In this document: positions 1 to 9,484 of the stretch, piece by piece
How positions within the stretch are numbered: the stretch's first letter is position 1
How the letters are laid out: each line of letters begins with the position of its first letter
Origin: Chitinophagales bacterium
Lineage (GTDB): Bacteria; Bacteroidota; Bacteroidia; Chitinophagales; Saprospiraceae
Length of the DNA: 58,905 nt
Direction of reading: 5' to 3'
NCBI GenBank assembly: GCA_038203965.1
Contig: JBBRDL010000001.1
Span: forward strand, 1-58,905
Translations under genes and position numbers: made by a program
Notes under the pieces: model-generated
Databases searched by the model: none
Told to the model about the DNA's origin: nothing
What the model saw: the letters and a program-made list of their open reading frames with translations, nothing else

Positions 1-365
1 TTGCAATACGCCTGAATGGTGAAGGATGAATTCTGTTGCCTTTCAATGTGGCGTTGCCAGATCATTGACTTATCTTTCATGCGGACAAAGCACGGAACTC
101 AGTTTGGTTCAAACAAGATGTGGTTGGTCGGAGCGATACGAATAAACTATATTTACCTTTCAGGGTACACACAAGGGTTTGACAAAAATGGTGTTGACCT
201 GCTTCACAGGAATATTTGTGCAAGGTTAAGTCCCGAAAGCGTTCGGAATGTTTCGTCTGAGCATTAGTAGTAAAAAACCACTACATCACCAATCCATGAA
301 TGTTATAGACGACCCTAAACAACAACAATGCAAACTATAATTTTAACGACTTACAAGTACAAGTT

Positions 366-1553
366 TTGAAATATATTACCCGGGCAGTTTGGATTCTATC
401 AGTAGTTAGTTTGTTGACAGACACAGCAAGTGAAATGCTCTATCCGATTATGCCGATATATTTAAAGACAATTGGTTTCTCAATTGTGCTTATCGGAATC
501 CTTGAGGGTGTTGCCGAGGCGATAGCAGGATTAAGTAAAGGTTATTTCGGCAAACTTTCCGACACGAATGGCAGAAGAGTTCCATTTGTACAAATTGGAT
601 ATGCTTTTAGTGCCATTTCAAAACCAATGATGGCTATTTTCATTTATCCACTTTGGATATTTTTTGCGCGTACAATTGACCGTATTGGAAAAGGTATCAG
701 GACTGGGGCAAGAGACGCCATTCTTTCAGACGAAGCAACTCCAGAAACGAAAGGTAAGGTTTTTGGCTTTCACCGTTCAATGGACACCTTAGGCGCAGTT
801 ATTGGCCCTTCATTCGCTTTGGTTTACCTATATTATTATCCGCAAGACTACAAAACACTTTTTTTAATTGCATTTGTACCTGGACTATTTGCAGTAATCG
901 CCTCCTTTTATTTAAAAGATAATAAATCAAAAGCCAAAAGCCAAAAAGCATCAACACCTTTTTTTTCATTTTTAAAATATTGGAAAGCAAGTCCGTCAGC
1001 ATACAGAAAATTGGTCATCGGACTTCTTATTTTTACTTTATTCAATAGTTCTGATGTCTTCCTTTTACTGAAGGCAAAGCAATCCGGGCTGGACGACACG
1101 ATGGTCATTGGCGTTTATATATTTTATAATCTTATCTATGCCTTGTTTGCTTTTCCTATTGGGATCATCGCAGACAAAATAGGACTAAAATCAATTTTTA
1201 TTTTCGGACTTGGTTTGTTTGCAATCGTCTATTTTGGAATGGCTGTAAATACAAATCTTTATTTCTTTTTCGGATTGTTTTTTCTGTATGGCATCTATGC
1301 TTCAGCGACAGAAGGAATCTCAAAAGCGTGGATTTCAAATATCACTGACCAAAAAGACACAGCTACAGCCATCGGGACGTATGCCGGACTTCAAAGCATT
1401 TGCACCATGTTGGCAAGCACATTAACTGGAGTATTATGGTTTCAGTACAGTGCGACAACAGCATTCATTACAACAGCTACCGTAACTTTATTTGTAATAG
1501 TTTATTTCCTGACCATACCCAAGCCGACCCCTATAAAAAATCTAACAAGTTAA
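366..1553 (+). CDS. MFS transporter
   Basis: 395-aa ORF that is hydrophobic throughout (about 12 TM segments). It has MFS motif-A-like loops GKLSDTNGRRVPF and ARTIDRIGKGIR. The track start is TTG. GC is about 33%, well below the window average. Confidence 0.75.
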   Translation: MKYITRAVWILSVVSLLTDTASEMLYPIMPIYLKTIGFSIVLIGILEGVAEAIAGLSKGYFGKLSDTNGRRVPFVQIGYAFSAISKPMMAIFIYPLWIFFARTIDRIGKGIRTGARDAILSDEATPETKGKVFGFHRSMDTLGAVIGPSFALVYLYYYPQDYKTLFLIAFVPGLFAVIASFYLKDNKSKAKSQKASTPFFSFLKYWKASPSAYRKLVIGLLIFTLFNSSDVFLLLKAKQSGLDDTMVIGVYIFYNLIYALFAFPIGIIADKIGLKSIFIFGLGLFAIVYFGMAVNTNLYFFFGLFFLYGIYASATEGISKAWISNITDQKDTATAIGTYAGLQSICTMLASTLTGVLWFQYSATTAFITTATVTLFVIVYFLTIPKPTPIKNLTS

Positions 1554-2106
1554 CAACGAGGACATAACAAGGACAGCCTTTAATTGGGTAGAATGTCCTG
1601 ACGACTGACCTGGTGACTGACCCTAACAGTGATCGCCTCTCACTCCTCGGCTCCCTCCACACTCAATCTGTACGAGCTCAGGTCAGGCAGCATCGGCCCC
1701 GGACATACGGACCCCTTAGCCGGCGGTTCATTTAGTTAATGAGTGCCTTTGAAGTATTGATCCGACATTGATTCACAACCTCCTCTTTTGAATCAATCCA
1801 AGGTCACCCCATACCACCCTTCGACTCCCTTTAGACGCTCAGGGCAAGACTTGCGACTTACTATTCCTTCAGTATGTTAAGCCCGCGTAAAGGGAACTTG
1901 CACCCCCTGGGCACGCTTTATTTATAAGAACTATATTTGCGCTTCAAGCCACACCCATGGTCTAACCGCCAAGAGGGTTTTACACTATGAAAACGTAATT
2001 TTACGGAATAGCCACCACGACACAGCTACCTAGCCTTGAACGCAGCAGGCGGGTAGTCAGCAACGATGGCGGCAAGGCGGAAAATGACACCCATTAATTA
2101 ACGACT
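1554..2106. other. ORF-free, GC-rich intergenic segment; candidate structured RNA or degraded remnant
   Basis: No ORF of 60 aa or more in any frame across 553 nt. Hand-counted lines give 50-57% GC against 27-35% in both flanking genes. Several helices are visible, e.g. the perfect 9-bp inverted repeat TGAATCAAT/ATTGATTCA at about 1763-1797 and CTGACCTG/CAGGTCAG at about 1605-1686. Confidence 0.3.
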
Positions 2107-3312
2107 ATGACATTAACAATAATAATAGCAATTTGCTCTTTACTTATAATTGCGTATTTGTTTGACCTCACTTCTTCGCGGACAAAAATTCCATCCGTTA
2201 TTCTATTGCTTCTCTTAGGTTGGGCGGTAAGACAATTAACAAGTCTTTTTGACCTTCAGCTCCCTGACTTTTCTTCTGTTTTGCCTATACTTGGTACTAT
2301 CGGGCTTATCCTTATTGTGCTGGAAGGTTCATTGGAACTTGAATTTAACAAATCAAAAATAAGACTAATTAAAAAATCAGTTTTAGGCGCATTCATCCCA
2401 ATGATAGCAATGGCATTTTCTCTTGCCTATTTATTTCAATATTTCGGGTCATTTTCACTAAAAGACAGCTTGGTTAATGCTATTCCATTATGTGTCATTA
2501 GCAGTGCTGTGGCCATTCCAAGTGTAAGAAATCTTGCTGCGTCCGACAAAGAATTTATCATTTATGAAAGTAGTTTATCAGATATTTTGGGAGTTATATT
2601 TTTTAACTTCATTGCATTAAATGAAATTTTTGATGCCCGTACTTTCAGTCATTTTGGTTTACAATTCATAATCATTATTTTCGTTTCATTTATTGCCACT
2701 ATTGGACTTTCATTCCTATTAAGTAAAATTGAACATCATATTAAATTTGTTCCTATCATTCTCCTTGTCATTTTAATTTACGCTGTGTCTAAAACCTATC
2801 ACTTGCCAGCACTTATTTTTATTTTGATCTTTGGCTTGTTTATCGGAAACCTGGACGAATTAAAACGTTTCAAGTGGATTGAACGATTTAAACCAGACGA
2901 ATTAGACAAGGAAGTAAAAAAGTTTAAAGAATTGACGATTGAAGGAGCATTTTTAATACGAGCCTTGTTTTTTCTTTTATTTGGCTACTTAATAGAAACC
3001 TCTGAGATATTAAATTCAGAAACGATACTATGGGCGACTGGTATTGTTTTTCTTATTTTTATTTTTCGGACAGTACAATTATTACTATCCAACATTCCAT
3101 TAAGACCATTGTTGTTTGTTGCTCCGAGAGGCCTTATTACTATCTTGCTTTTTCTTTCTATTGCTCCAACCCAAAATATTTCACTGGTCACCAAATCACT
3201 TATTATTCAAGTTATCATTATTACAGCATTTATAATGATGCTTGGCCTCATGTTGTCAAAAGGAAATAAAGAAGCCAAAATAGAAAAAGAAGCCCCGCCG
3301 CCAATCGAGTAA
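2107..3312 (+). CDS. cation:proton antiporter (Na+/H+ exchanger family, CPA-type)
   Basis: 401-aa polytopic membrane ORF with Na_H_Exchanger-like N-terminus and helix pattern (LLLLLGWAV..., GLILIVLEGSLEL). GC is about 27-33%. Confidence 0.75.
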   Translation: MTLTIIIAICSLLIIAYLFDLTSSRTKIPSVILLLLLGWAVRQLTSLFDLQLPDFSSVLPILGTIGLILIVLEGSLELEFNKSKIRLIKKSVLGAFIPMIAMAFSLAYLFQYFGSFSLKDSLVNAIPLCVISSAVAIPSVRNLAASDKEFIIYESSLSDILGVIFFNFIALNEIFDARTFSHFGLQFIIIIFVSFIATIGLSFLLSKIEHHIKFVPIILLVILIYAVSKTYHLPALIFILIFGLFIGNLDELKRFKWIERFKPDELDKEVKKFKELTIEGAFLIRALFFLLFGYLIETSEILNSETILWATGIVFLIFIFRTVQLLLSNIPLRPLLFVAPRGLITILLFLSIAPTQNISLVTKSLIIQVIIITAFIMMLGLMLSKGNKEAKIEKEAPPPIE

Positions 3313-3485
3313 GCAAGCCCCCTCTAATCGAAGTCCTCGCTCTAGAAATATAATATAACCTCTCATCCTGGGGGCTTACTAATCAGCAATCTGCTTGGTT
3401 AGAACCATGGCCGTCTGTTTTGGAAATAGCTTTACAATAAATTTACATTTAAAAATCATAGAAAGCAAACCAAACCGAGAACAAT

Positions 3486-3923
3486 TTGACCTTGCTGACT
3501 GTACTGTTTTGTAAGTCATCAGAAGTAAAAGCTTCACAGCAACAGTTTTGGAATACCCTTGTCCCTATGAACGAATCCTTATACCAGGATGAACAAAATA
3601 ATGCAATCCGGATTTCAAGTTTGAAAAAATTTGAAGGTGACCTTACCTTTTCCGGATTTGCTGCAAAGTTTGTTGTGGCCGGTCATGAATCCTATCATAT
3701 CAAAGGCAGAAAATATCTTGTTGAAAAAGGGGAGTATATTTTGGGCAACTCCGGAACCATTGCCACCATGGAGATCAATAGCCAGGAGGATACGAAAGGT
3801 CTCTGTGTGGATATTTCCGAGCGGATCATCGCGGAAGTCGCAGACTATCATTTCAAGCAATCTTTGGATATCAAAGAATTTTTGCTCAGTGATCAGTTTC
3901 TGGTCAATAAGTATTTAGCATAG
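3486..3923 (+). pseudogene. AraC-family regulator, N-terminal (cupin-like) fragment lacking the HTH domain
   Basis: The translation resembles the N-terminal sensing domain of Bacteroidota AraC regulators (FAAKFVVAGHESYHIKGRKYLVEKGEYILGN...). It stops after about 145 aa without the roughly 100-aa C-terminal HTH. It is immediately followed by an unrelated gene fragment. Confidence 0.45.
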
Positions 3924-4105
3924 GCTTTATAGATGATCTCCATGGTTTTGTCGGGACCATGAACAGTGGATATGAGACGAAAGACGGCGGCGACACTTGG
4001 CAAAAAATTGATCTTGGCAAGGCATGTAACAAAATCCGGATGTACCGTGACGACAATGGCAAAGTATATGGCTACGCTATTGGAGTTGATGTCATGAAAT
4101 GGTGA
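3911..4105 (+). pseudogene. C-terminal remnant of a BNR/Asp-box beta-propeller (Ycf48-like) protein
   Basis: The open frame from 3911 reads GFIDDLHGFVGTMNSGYETKDGGDTWQKIDLGKACNKIRMYRDDNGKVYGYAIGVDVMKW*. It contains a canonical Asp-box (DGGDTW). There is no N-terminal part or plausible start, and the frame is closed by TAA at 3908-3910. Confidence 0.5.
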
Positions 4106-4135
4106 TACGCTTTTTTTATCGGATTCTTACACAAA

Positions 4136-4168
4136 CAAAGAGGTGCAGGCAATGTCTGCACCTCTTTG
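4136..4168. terminator. bidirectional hairpin terminator between convergent genes
   Basis: Perfect 13-bp stem CAAAGAGGTGCAG / CTGCACCTCTTTG with a 7-nt loop, flanked by a T-run at 4111-4117 on the + strand. Confidence 0.6.
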
Positions 4169-4190
4169 TTATACGTATGTCCTAAATTTT

Positions 4191-7100
4191 CTATTCCACT
4201 ACTACCTTGCCCATCATCCGGAAATCTGCACTTGTCAAGGTTACAATATACAAACCTGAAGGGCCTTCAAAAGGCACCACTACCCTATCTTCTCCATGAT
4301 AAGGCGTTACATAAATCTCACGGCCCTGAATATCTGACATTGTAATCACACCAGTGCCGATCCGGCGATCGGGTTCGATCACAATGTAATCCCGGGCAGG
4401 GTTGGGATATATTTTTAAATCAGAAAGGACCTGAATGTCCTTAGTTCCCACCACCATAACATTATAACAGGCCGAGGTATCGATACAGCCCCCTGAGGAA
4501 ACAATCACAGCATAGTTGCCGGTAGTCACAGCCGCAAATTGTTGTGCAGTTTCGCCTTCAAGAGGTTGATTCCCGTTGTCACAATCAATCCATTGATAGA
4601 CCGCTCCTTCCATGACAGCCGTCAAGTCATTTTCAGTCTGGGTGACGTCTACATCAATTTTTATGATGGTAAGATCGATTGTGATGACACTATCGCAACC
4701 GGCAGCATTTAAGATCGTATCAAAATAGATACCCGACTCTGTCCATTGATAGTTTGAACTTGGTGAGAGGTAACTATCACATGCAGATTCAGTAAGAGCA
4801 GATGTTGTGCTGTTATGAATGATCAGATGAACAATTACTGTACTGTCGCAATCACCGGCGACATCAAATATTTCCTGGTATGTACCTGATTCTGTCCATG
4901 TCTGCATACCGCCTGGTAATGAGTACGTGTCACATGCCTCCGCTGTCAATTCCGATGAAGGTGAAATCATAATTGTCAGCTCTACAGTAACCACACTGTC
5001 ACAACCGGCAGCATTGGGAATGGTGTCCAGGTATATACCTGATTCAGTCCATGTCTCAAGACCATCAGGTGATATATGCTGATCACACGCTGAAACTTGA
5101 ATATTGGATGTTGTGCTTGAATGAATCGTCACATGAACGGTGACTATGCTATCACATGCACCACCCACAGGTATATATTCAAAGTATGTTCCTGATTCAG
5201 TCCATGTTTGCGCCCCACTAGGCGATGTATACCTATCACATGCCTCAACCGTCAACTCCGATGAAGGTGAGGGTATAATCGTGAGCTCCACAGTAACGAC
5301 GCTGTCACAACCGGCAGCATTGGGAATGGTGTCCAGGTATATACCTGATTCAGTCCATGTTTGCGTACCACCAGGTAATGCATAGCTGTCACATGCAGAG
5401 ACCACTATTTCTGATGCAGAATGAAGCACGATATTGAGCACAATCGTAATAAAACTATCGCATCCGGCCAAGGTCGGAATCGTATCCATGTACGTACCGG
5501 ATTCAGTCCATGTCTCTGTTCCGTCAGGTGATAGATAACTTTCACAAGCCGTAACCTGCACTTCAACGGTGTCACTATAATGAACCGTCAGAAAGACCGT
5601 GATGATGCTGTCACATTCTCCTGCGAGTGGAACGATTTCCTGGTAGATGCCGGATTCACTCCATACCTGAGTGCCAGTAGGTGAAGTATAACTATCACAT
5701 GCATCAGCAATAATCTCCATAGAAGGACTGATATTGATCGTTAAATTGACAGTGACTATACTGTCACAACCGACAGCATTAGGAATGACATCCTCGTAGA
5801 TGCCAGATTCAGTCCATGTCTGTGAGCCACCCGGCAGACTATAACTGTCACACGCAGTGACGGTGATTTCAGATGCACTACTGAGGATAATTGTCAGGTT
5901 AATCGTGATGAGACTATCACATCCGGCAGCATTCGGAATTGTATCCTGGTATACGCCGGATGTCATCCACACGTGTCCACTAGGTGAAACAAGGCTATCG
6001 CAAGCGGTGATTTCCAAAACCGAAGAAGTACTTTGATATATAGTCAGATTGATGGTCATCATACTATCACATCCGGCAGCATTGGGGATTGTATCAAGAT
6101 AAATACCTGATTGAGTCCACACATAAGTACCACTGGGTGAGATGTAATTGTCACATGCTTCAACGGTAATCTCTGCTGTGCTGGAATTAAAAATGGTCAA
6201 TTGCACCGTAATAATACTATCACATCCCACTGCATTCAACAGCGTGTCTAGATAAGTCCCCGATAAGGTCCATGTCTCCATACCATCGGGAGACACATAA
6301 CTTTCGCAGGCTTCAGCCGAAATCTCTGTTGTTGTACTATTAATAATGGTCAATTGCACCGTGATCATACTGTCACATCCGGCAGCATTGACCAGGGTGT
6401 CCATATAGGTACCTGAAACAGTCCATTTCACGAGGCCATCAGGTGATGTAAAAGTGTCACACGCAGTCGCTGATATCTCCGATGACGTACTATTTAGAAT
6501 GGTCAGCTGCACGGTGATGACGCTGTCGCACCCAATTGCATTGACAATGGTGTCGAGGTAAGTACCTGAAGAAGTCCATTCTTCCAGACCATCAGGTGAG
6601 GTATACGTATCACATGTCGTTACTGAAATTTCAGAAGACGTACTGTTGATGATCGTCAATTGTATAGTGATGATACTATCACATCCGCCGTATAGGAGCA
6701 AAGTGTCCACATACGTACCTGATACCGTCCATAGCTCAAGTCCATCAGGCGAGGTATACCTATCGCAAGCGGTAGGGCTGATCTCTGCAAATTTAGGTTC
6801 GCAAGGGTCAAGGACGACCACAAATATATCCGTATTGCCAAATGCGGAAAGGTTGGACATGCCAGGGCCCGGATTAAAATCAGCCGTCCCTGAAAAATAT
6901 CCCGTGGTGTAAACGCGATCAGCATCATCGACCATCAGATCAAGCGAACGGTCATCTTCTGTTCCTCCTAATTGAACGGCCCACATAAATACACCGGTCG
7001 GAGATAACTTCGATACAAATACATCAAGTCCTCCTGCTGAAGTAAGAAAATAATCAGTCAAATCCGGATCAAAGTCTGCGGTATCAGAAAAATATCCGGA

Positions 7101-8222
7101 GGTATAAATATTTCCGGCTGTATCTGTTTCAATGGCATGAGGTTTATCAAGCCCTGGACCTCCCATTTGTCTGCCCATTATAAAAGCACCTTCCGCATCT
7201 AGTACAGAAATGAAAATATCTTCCTCACCGTTACTGGTCAAGTTAGTTACGTCAAGGCCGGGCTCAAAATCGACAACGCCCTGGAAAAAGCCTGTTGTAT
7301 AAACACGCCCCAACGTATCCGTATGAATCGCTGTGCCTTCATCAAGTGCATCAGCACCAAATGATACTGCCCAAATTAAAGCTCCATCTTCATTTAGCTT
7401 GCAGACGAACGCATCTTCCATTCCGTTGGATGTAAGGTTTGTTATACCTACACCAGGATCAAAATCAACCGTTTCAGCAAAGCGTCCGGTCGTCAGAATA
7501 TTATTGTCCGGATCGATGGCGACACCACGTGCCATATCATCGCCTGTATCCCCAAATTGATTCGCCCAGATCAGATGACCGGCTTCGTCATATTTGGCGA
7601 TGAATATATCGTTTCCTCCAGCGGATGTCAGGTTGAAAGTGCCGGCAGCAGGATCAAAATCTGCTGTTCCATTGAAGTGGCCTACCAGCAAGATATTGCC
7701 GGCCGTATCCAGTGCCATATCTTTTACCTGATCGTCACTGCTACCGCCAAGTCTTATAGCCCAAATGACATTACCATCTGAATCATATTTGGCTAGAAAA
7801 GCATCATAATTACCTGCAGCGGTAAGTTGCAAACTACCGGGACTTGGATCGAAATCAGATGTACCATTAAAATAACCCGCTACATAGAGGTTGCCATCAT
7901 CATCTATAGCAAGGGCCTCACCATATTCCTCCTGCGCACCACCTATTCGAATAGACCAGACAAAGTTGCCATCTGCATCGAGTTTACTGACAAATGCATC
8001 AGCATCTCCCAGTGATGCATAGACATTGAAACCGGGCCCGGGATCTAAATCCGCAAGGCCTTCAAAAGAACCTGTGGCATACACATTTCCGGCACTATCG
8101 GCCAGGACAGCATACGCATGATCAGCACTGGTACCTCCGAGGTGGGCTGTCCATCCAAGGTCCTGTGCATTTGAACGCAAAAAACTAAAAAGCACAATGA
8201 TGTACAGTAAAAAGAATTTCAT
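4191..8222 (-). CDS. giant T9SS-secreted protein: signal peptide, about 9 SBBP beta-propeller repeats, 14 two-cysteine repeats, Por/T9SS C-terminal domain
   Basis: 1343 aa. N-terminal signal peptide MKFFLLYIIVLFSFLRSNAQ. Repeated G..D.A.AV..DSAGNVY.TG.F modules (SBBP-like). 14 copies of ACDSY.SP.G...WT.SG.Y.DT.PNAAGCDS..T..LTI. C-terminus KIYPNPARDYIVIE...GLYIVTL is typical of T9SS sorting domains. Confidence 0.9.
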   Translation of the reverse strand: MKFFLLYIIVLFSFLRSNAQDLGWTAHLGGTSADHAYAVLADSAGNVYATGSFEGLADLDPGPGFNVYASLGDADAFVSKLDADGNFVWSIRIGGAQEEYGEALAIDDDGNLYVAGYFNGTSDFDPSPGSLQLTAAGNYDAFLAKYDSDGNVIWAIRLGGSSDDQVKDMALDTAGNILLVGHFNGTADFDPAAGTFNLTSAGGNDIFIAKYDEAGHLIWANQFGDTGDDMARGVAIDPDNNILTTGRFAETVDFDPGVGITNLTSNGMEDAFVCKLNEDGALIWAVSFGADALDEGTAIHTDTLGRVYTTGFFQGVVDFEPGLDVTNLTSNGEEDIFISVLDAEGAFIMGRQMGGPGLDKPHAIETDTAGNIYTSGYFSDTADFDPDLTDYFLTSAGGLDVFVSKLSPTGVFMWAVQLGGTEDDRSLDLMVDDADRVYTTGYFSGTADFNPGPGMSNLSAFGNTDIFVVVLDPCEPKFAEISPTACDRYTSPDGLELWTVSGTYVDTLLLYGGCDSIITIQLTIINSTSSEISVTTCDTYTSPDGLEEWTSSGTYLDTIVNAIGCDSVITVQLTILNSTSSEISATACDTFTSPDGLVKWTVSGTYMDTLVNAAGCDSMITVQLTIINSTTTEISAEACESYVSPDGMETWTLSGTYLDTLLNAVGCDSIITVQLTIFNSSTAEITVEACDNYISPSGTYVWTQSGIYLDTIPNAAGCDSMMTINLTIYQSTSSVLEITACDSLVSPSGHVWMTSGVYQDTIPNAAGCDSLITINLTIILSSASEITVTACDSYSLPGGSQTWTESGIYEDVIPNAVGCDSIVTVNLTINISPSMEIIADACDSYTSPTGTQVWSESGIYQEIVPLAGECDSIITVFLTVHYSDTVEVQVTACESYLSPDGTETWTESGTYMDTIPTLAGCDSFITIVLNIVLHSASEIVVSACDSYALPGGTQTWTESGIYLDTIPNAAGCDSVVTVELTIIPSPSSELTVEACDRYTSPSGAQTWTESGTYFEYIPVGGACDSIVTVHVTIHSSTTSNIQVSACDQHISPDGLETWTESGIYLDTIPNAAGCDSVVTVELTIMISPSSELTAEACDTYSLPGGMQTWTESGTYQEIFDVAGDCDSTVIVHLIIHNSTTSALTESACDSYLSPSSNYQWTESGIYFDTILNAAGCDSVITIDLTIIKIDVDVTQTENDLTAVMEGAVYQWIDCDNGNQPLEGETAQQFAAVTTGNYAVIVSSGGCIDTSACYNVMVVGTKDIQVLSDLKIYPNPARDYIVIEPDRRIGTGVITMSDIQGREIYVTPYHGEDRVVVPFEGPSGLYIVTLTSADFRMMGKVVVE
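4655..6788 (-). repeat. intragenic tandem array, 14 units of about 153 bp (51 aa)
   Basis: Period seen directly in the protein and DNA. An exact 59-nt duplicate lies at 4996-5054 and 5302-5360 (306 bp, or 2 units, apart). Confidence 0.85.
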
Positions 8223-8459
8223 AGAAAATATTTTAGGTGGGCAAAAAAAAGTGCCGTGACCAGAGGATTGTCACTGGCCCAAATATATATAAATTATTTA
8301 TATTCGATCCCGAGATATATAGAATCGTACAAAAAGTTTCTCCAAATCCTGTGGGTCGGATTTAATCGAGTGTAAAATGTAAGGATCCTATTACAATTCA
8401 GCATCATGCCCCTATTTCACTATTGAAACGCTAACTTGCTGGCTGCTAACTTTTATCCT

Positions 8460-9479
8460 ATGCGTTTTCTCATACTCCTTTCATTCCTTTCGCTCGCTTA
8501 TTCCTGCAAGAGATCTACCCCATCATCGTCTATCACTTTATCTGACTATTTTACCTATGGAGATTCAGTAGAATCAGCAGGTGTGCGGATGATTCCGATC
8601 ACTACTCCGGTGGGTGAGTTTAAAGTATGGACAAAACGTTTTGGGAACAATCCCAAAATAAAAATACTGCTGTTGCATGGAGGACCGGCCATGACGCATG
8701 AATACATGGAATGTTTTGAAACCTTTTTCCAGCGTGAAGGATTTGAATTTTATGCTTATGATCAATTAGGCTCCTACTACAGTGATCAGCCGACGGATAG
8801 CAGTCTATGGACCACAGAGCGGTTTGTGGAGGAAGTGGAGCAAGTACGGAATGCCATTGGAGCTGACAGTACAAACTTCTATCTCGTAGGCAATTCATGG
8901 GGAGGAATCCTCGGGATGGAATATGCTTTAAAATACCAGCGGCACCTAAAAGGACTGGTCGTGGCCAATATGATGGCCAGTGCTCCCGAGTATGGAAAAT
9001 ATGCTGATGAAGTACTTGCCAAGCAAATGAATCCCGAAGTCCTTGCTGAAATCGTCTCGATCGAATCGAATAAAGATTTCAGCAATCCACGGTATATGGA
9101 ATTACTCATTCCCAATTATTACCGCGAACATTTGTGCCGCCTTCCTGAATGGCCAGATGGTTTTAACCGTTCAATGAAACATGTCAATAGTGTAGTGTAC
9201 ACAATGATGCAAGGCCCGAGTGAATTTCGGATCAGCGGACGACTGGCAAAATGGGACATTAAGGATCGACTTAAAGAAATAGCCATCCCAACTTTAATGG
9301 TTGGTGCCAGATATGATACCATGGATCCTGCAACCATGGAAGAACAAAGCAAGCTAGTTCAGAATGGGCATTATCTCTATTGTCCGAATGGAAGTCACCT
9401 CGCTATGTGGGATGATCAAAAGGTGTTTATGAGCGGCGTGATCAAATTTATTAAGGATGTTGATTCCGATAGTTTATAG
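8460..9479 (+). CDS. proline iminopeptidase-family alpha/beta hydrolase (lipoprotein-type signal)
   Basis: LLLHGGPAMTHEY, nucleophile elbow GNSWGG, and overall prolyl aminopeptidase-family layout. ATG at 8460 gives MRFLILLSFLSLAYSC. The track start at 8436 is TTG. Confidence 0.75.
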   Translation: MRFLILLSFLSLAYSCKRSTPSSSITLSDYFTYGDSVESAGVRMIPITTPVGEFKVWTKRFGNNPKIKILLLHGGPAMTHEYMECFETFFQREGFEFYAYDQLGSYYSDQPTDSSLWTTERFVEEVEQVRNAIGADSTNFYLVGNSWGGILGMEYALKYQRHLKGLVVANMMASAPEYGKYADEVLAKQMNPEVLAEIVSIESNKDFSNPRYMELLIPNYYREHLCRLPEWPDGFNRSMKHVNSVVYTMMQGPSEFRISGRLAKWDIKDRLKEIAIPTLMVGARYDTMDPATMEEQSKLVQNGHYLYCPNGSHLAMWDDQKVFMSGVIKFIKDVDSDSL

Positions 9480-9484
9480 AAAAA

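Noticed and set aside
16-267. 83-aa + strand ORF at the left edge
   Set aside because: It has no recognisable family and low-complexity, odd composition. All other frames in this region are full of stops. The segment is probably non-coding leader or spacer upstream of the MFS gene.
1554-2106. Specific identities for the GC-rich ORF-free segment: RNase P RNA, tmRNA, ORF-less group II intron
   Set aside because: There is no GAGGAAAGTCCGGGC-type CR-I block and no tRNA-like CCACCA end or tag ORF. There is no convincing domain V hairpin either; only a GTGCC (not GUGYG) and a loose GAACCGCCGGCTAAGG resemblance. The segment is kept only as an unclassified candidate.
5140-8015. Several 60-90-aa + strand ORFs inside the giant minus-strand T9SS gene (5140-5385, 6646-6912, 7333-7560, 7557-7781, 7827-8015)
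   Set aside because: They are antisense to a well-supported 1343-aa gene, and their periodic sequence simply mirrors its repeats.
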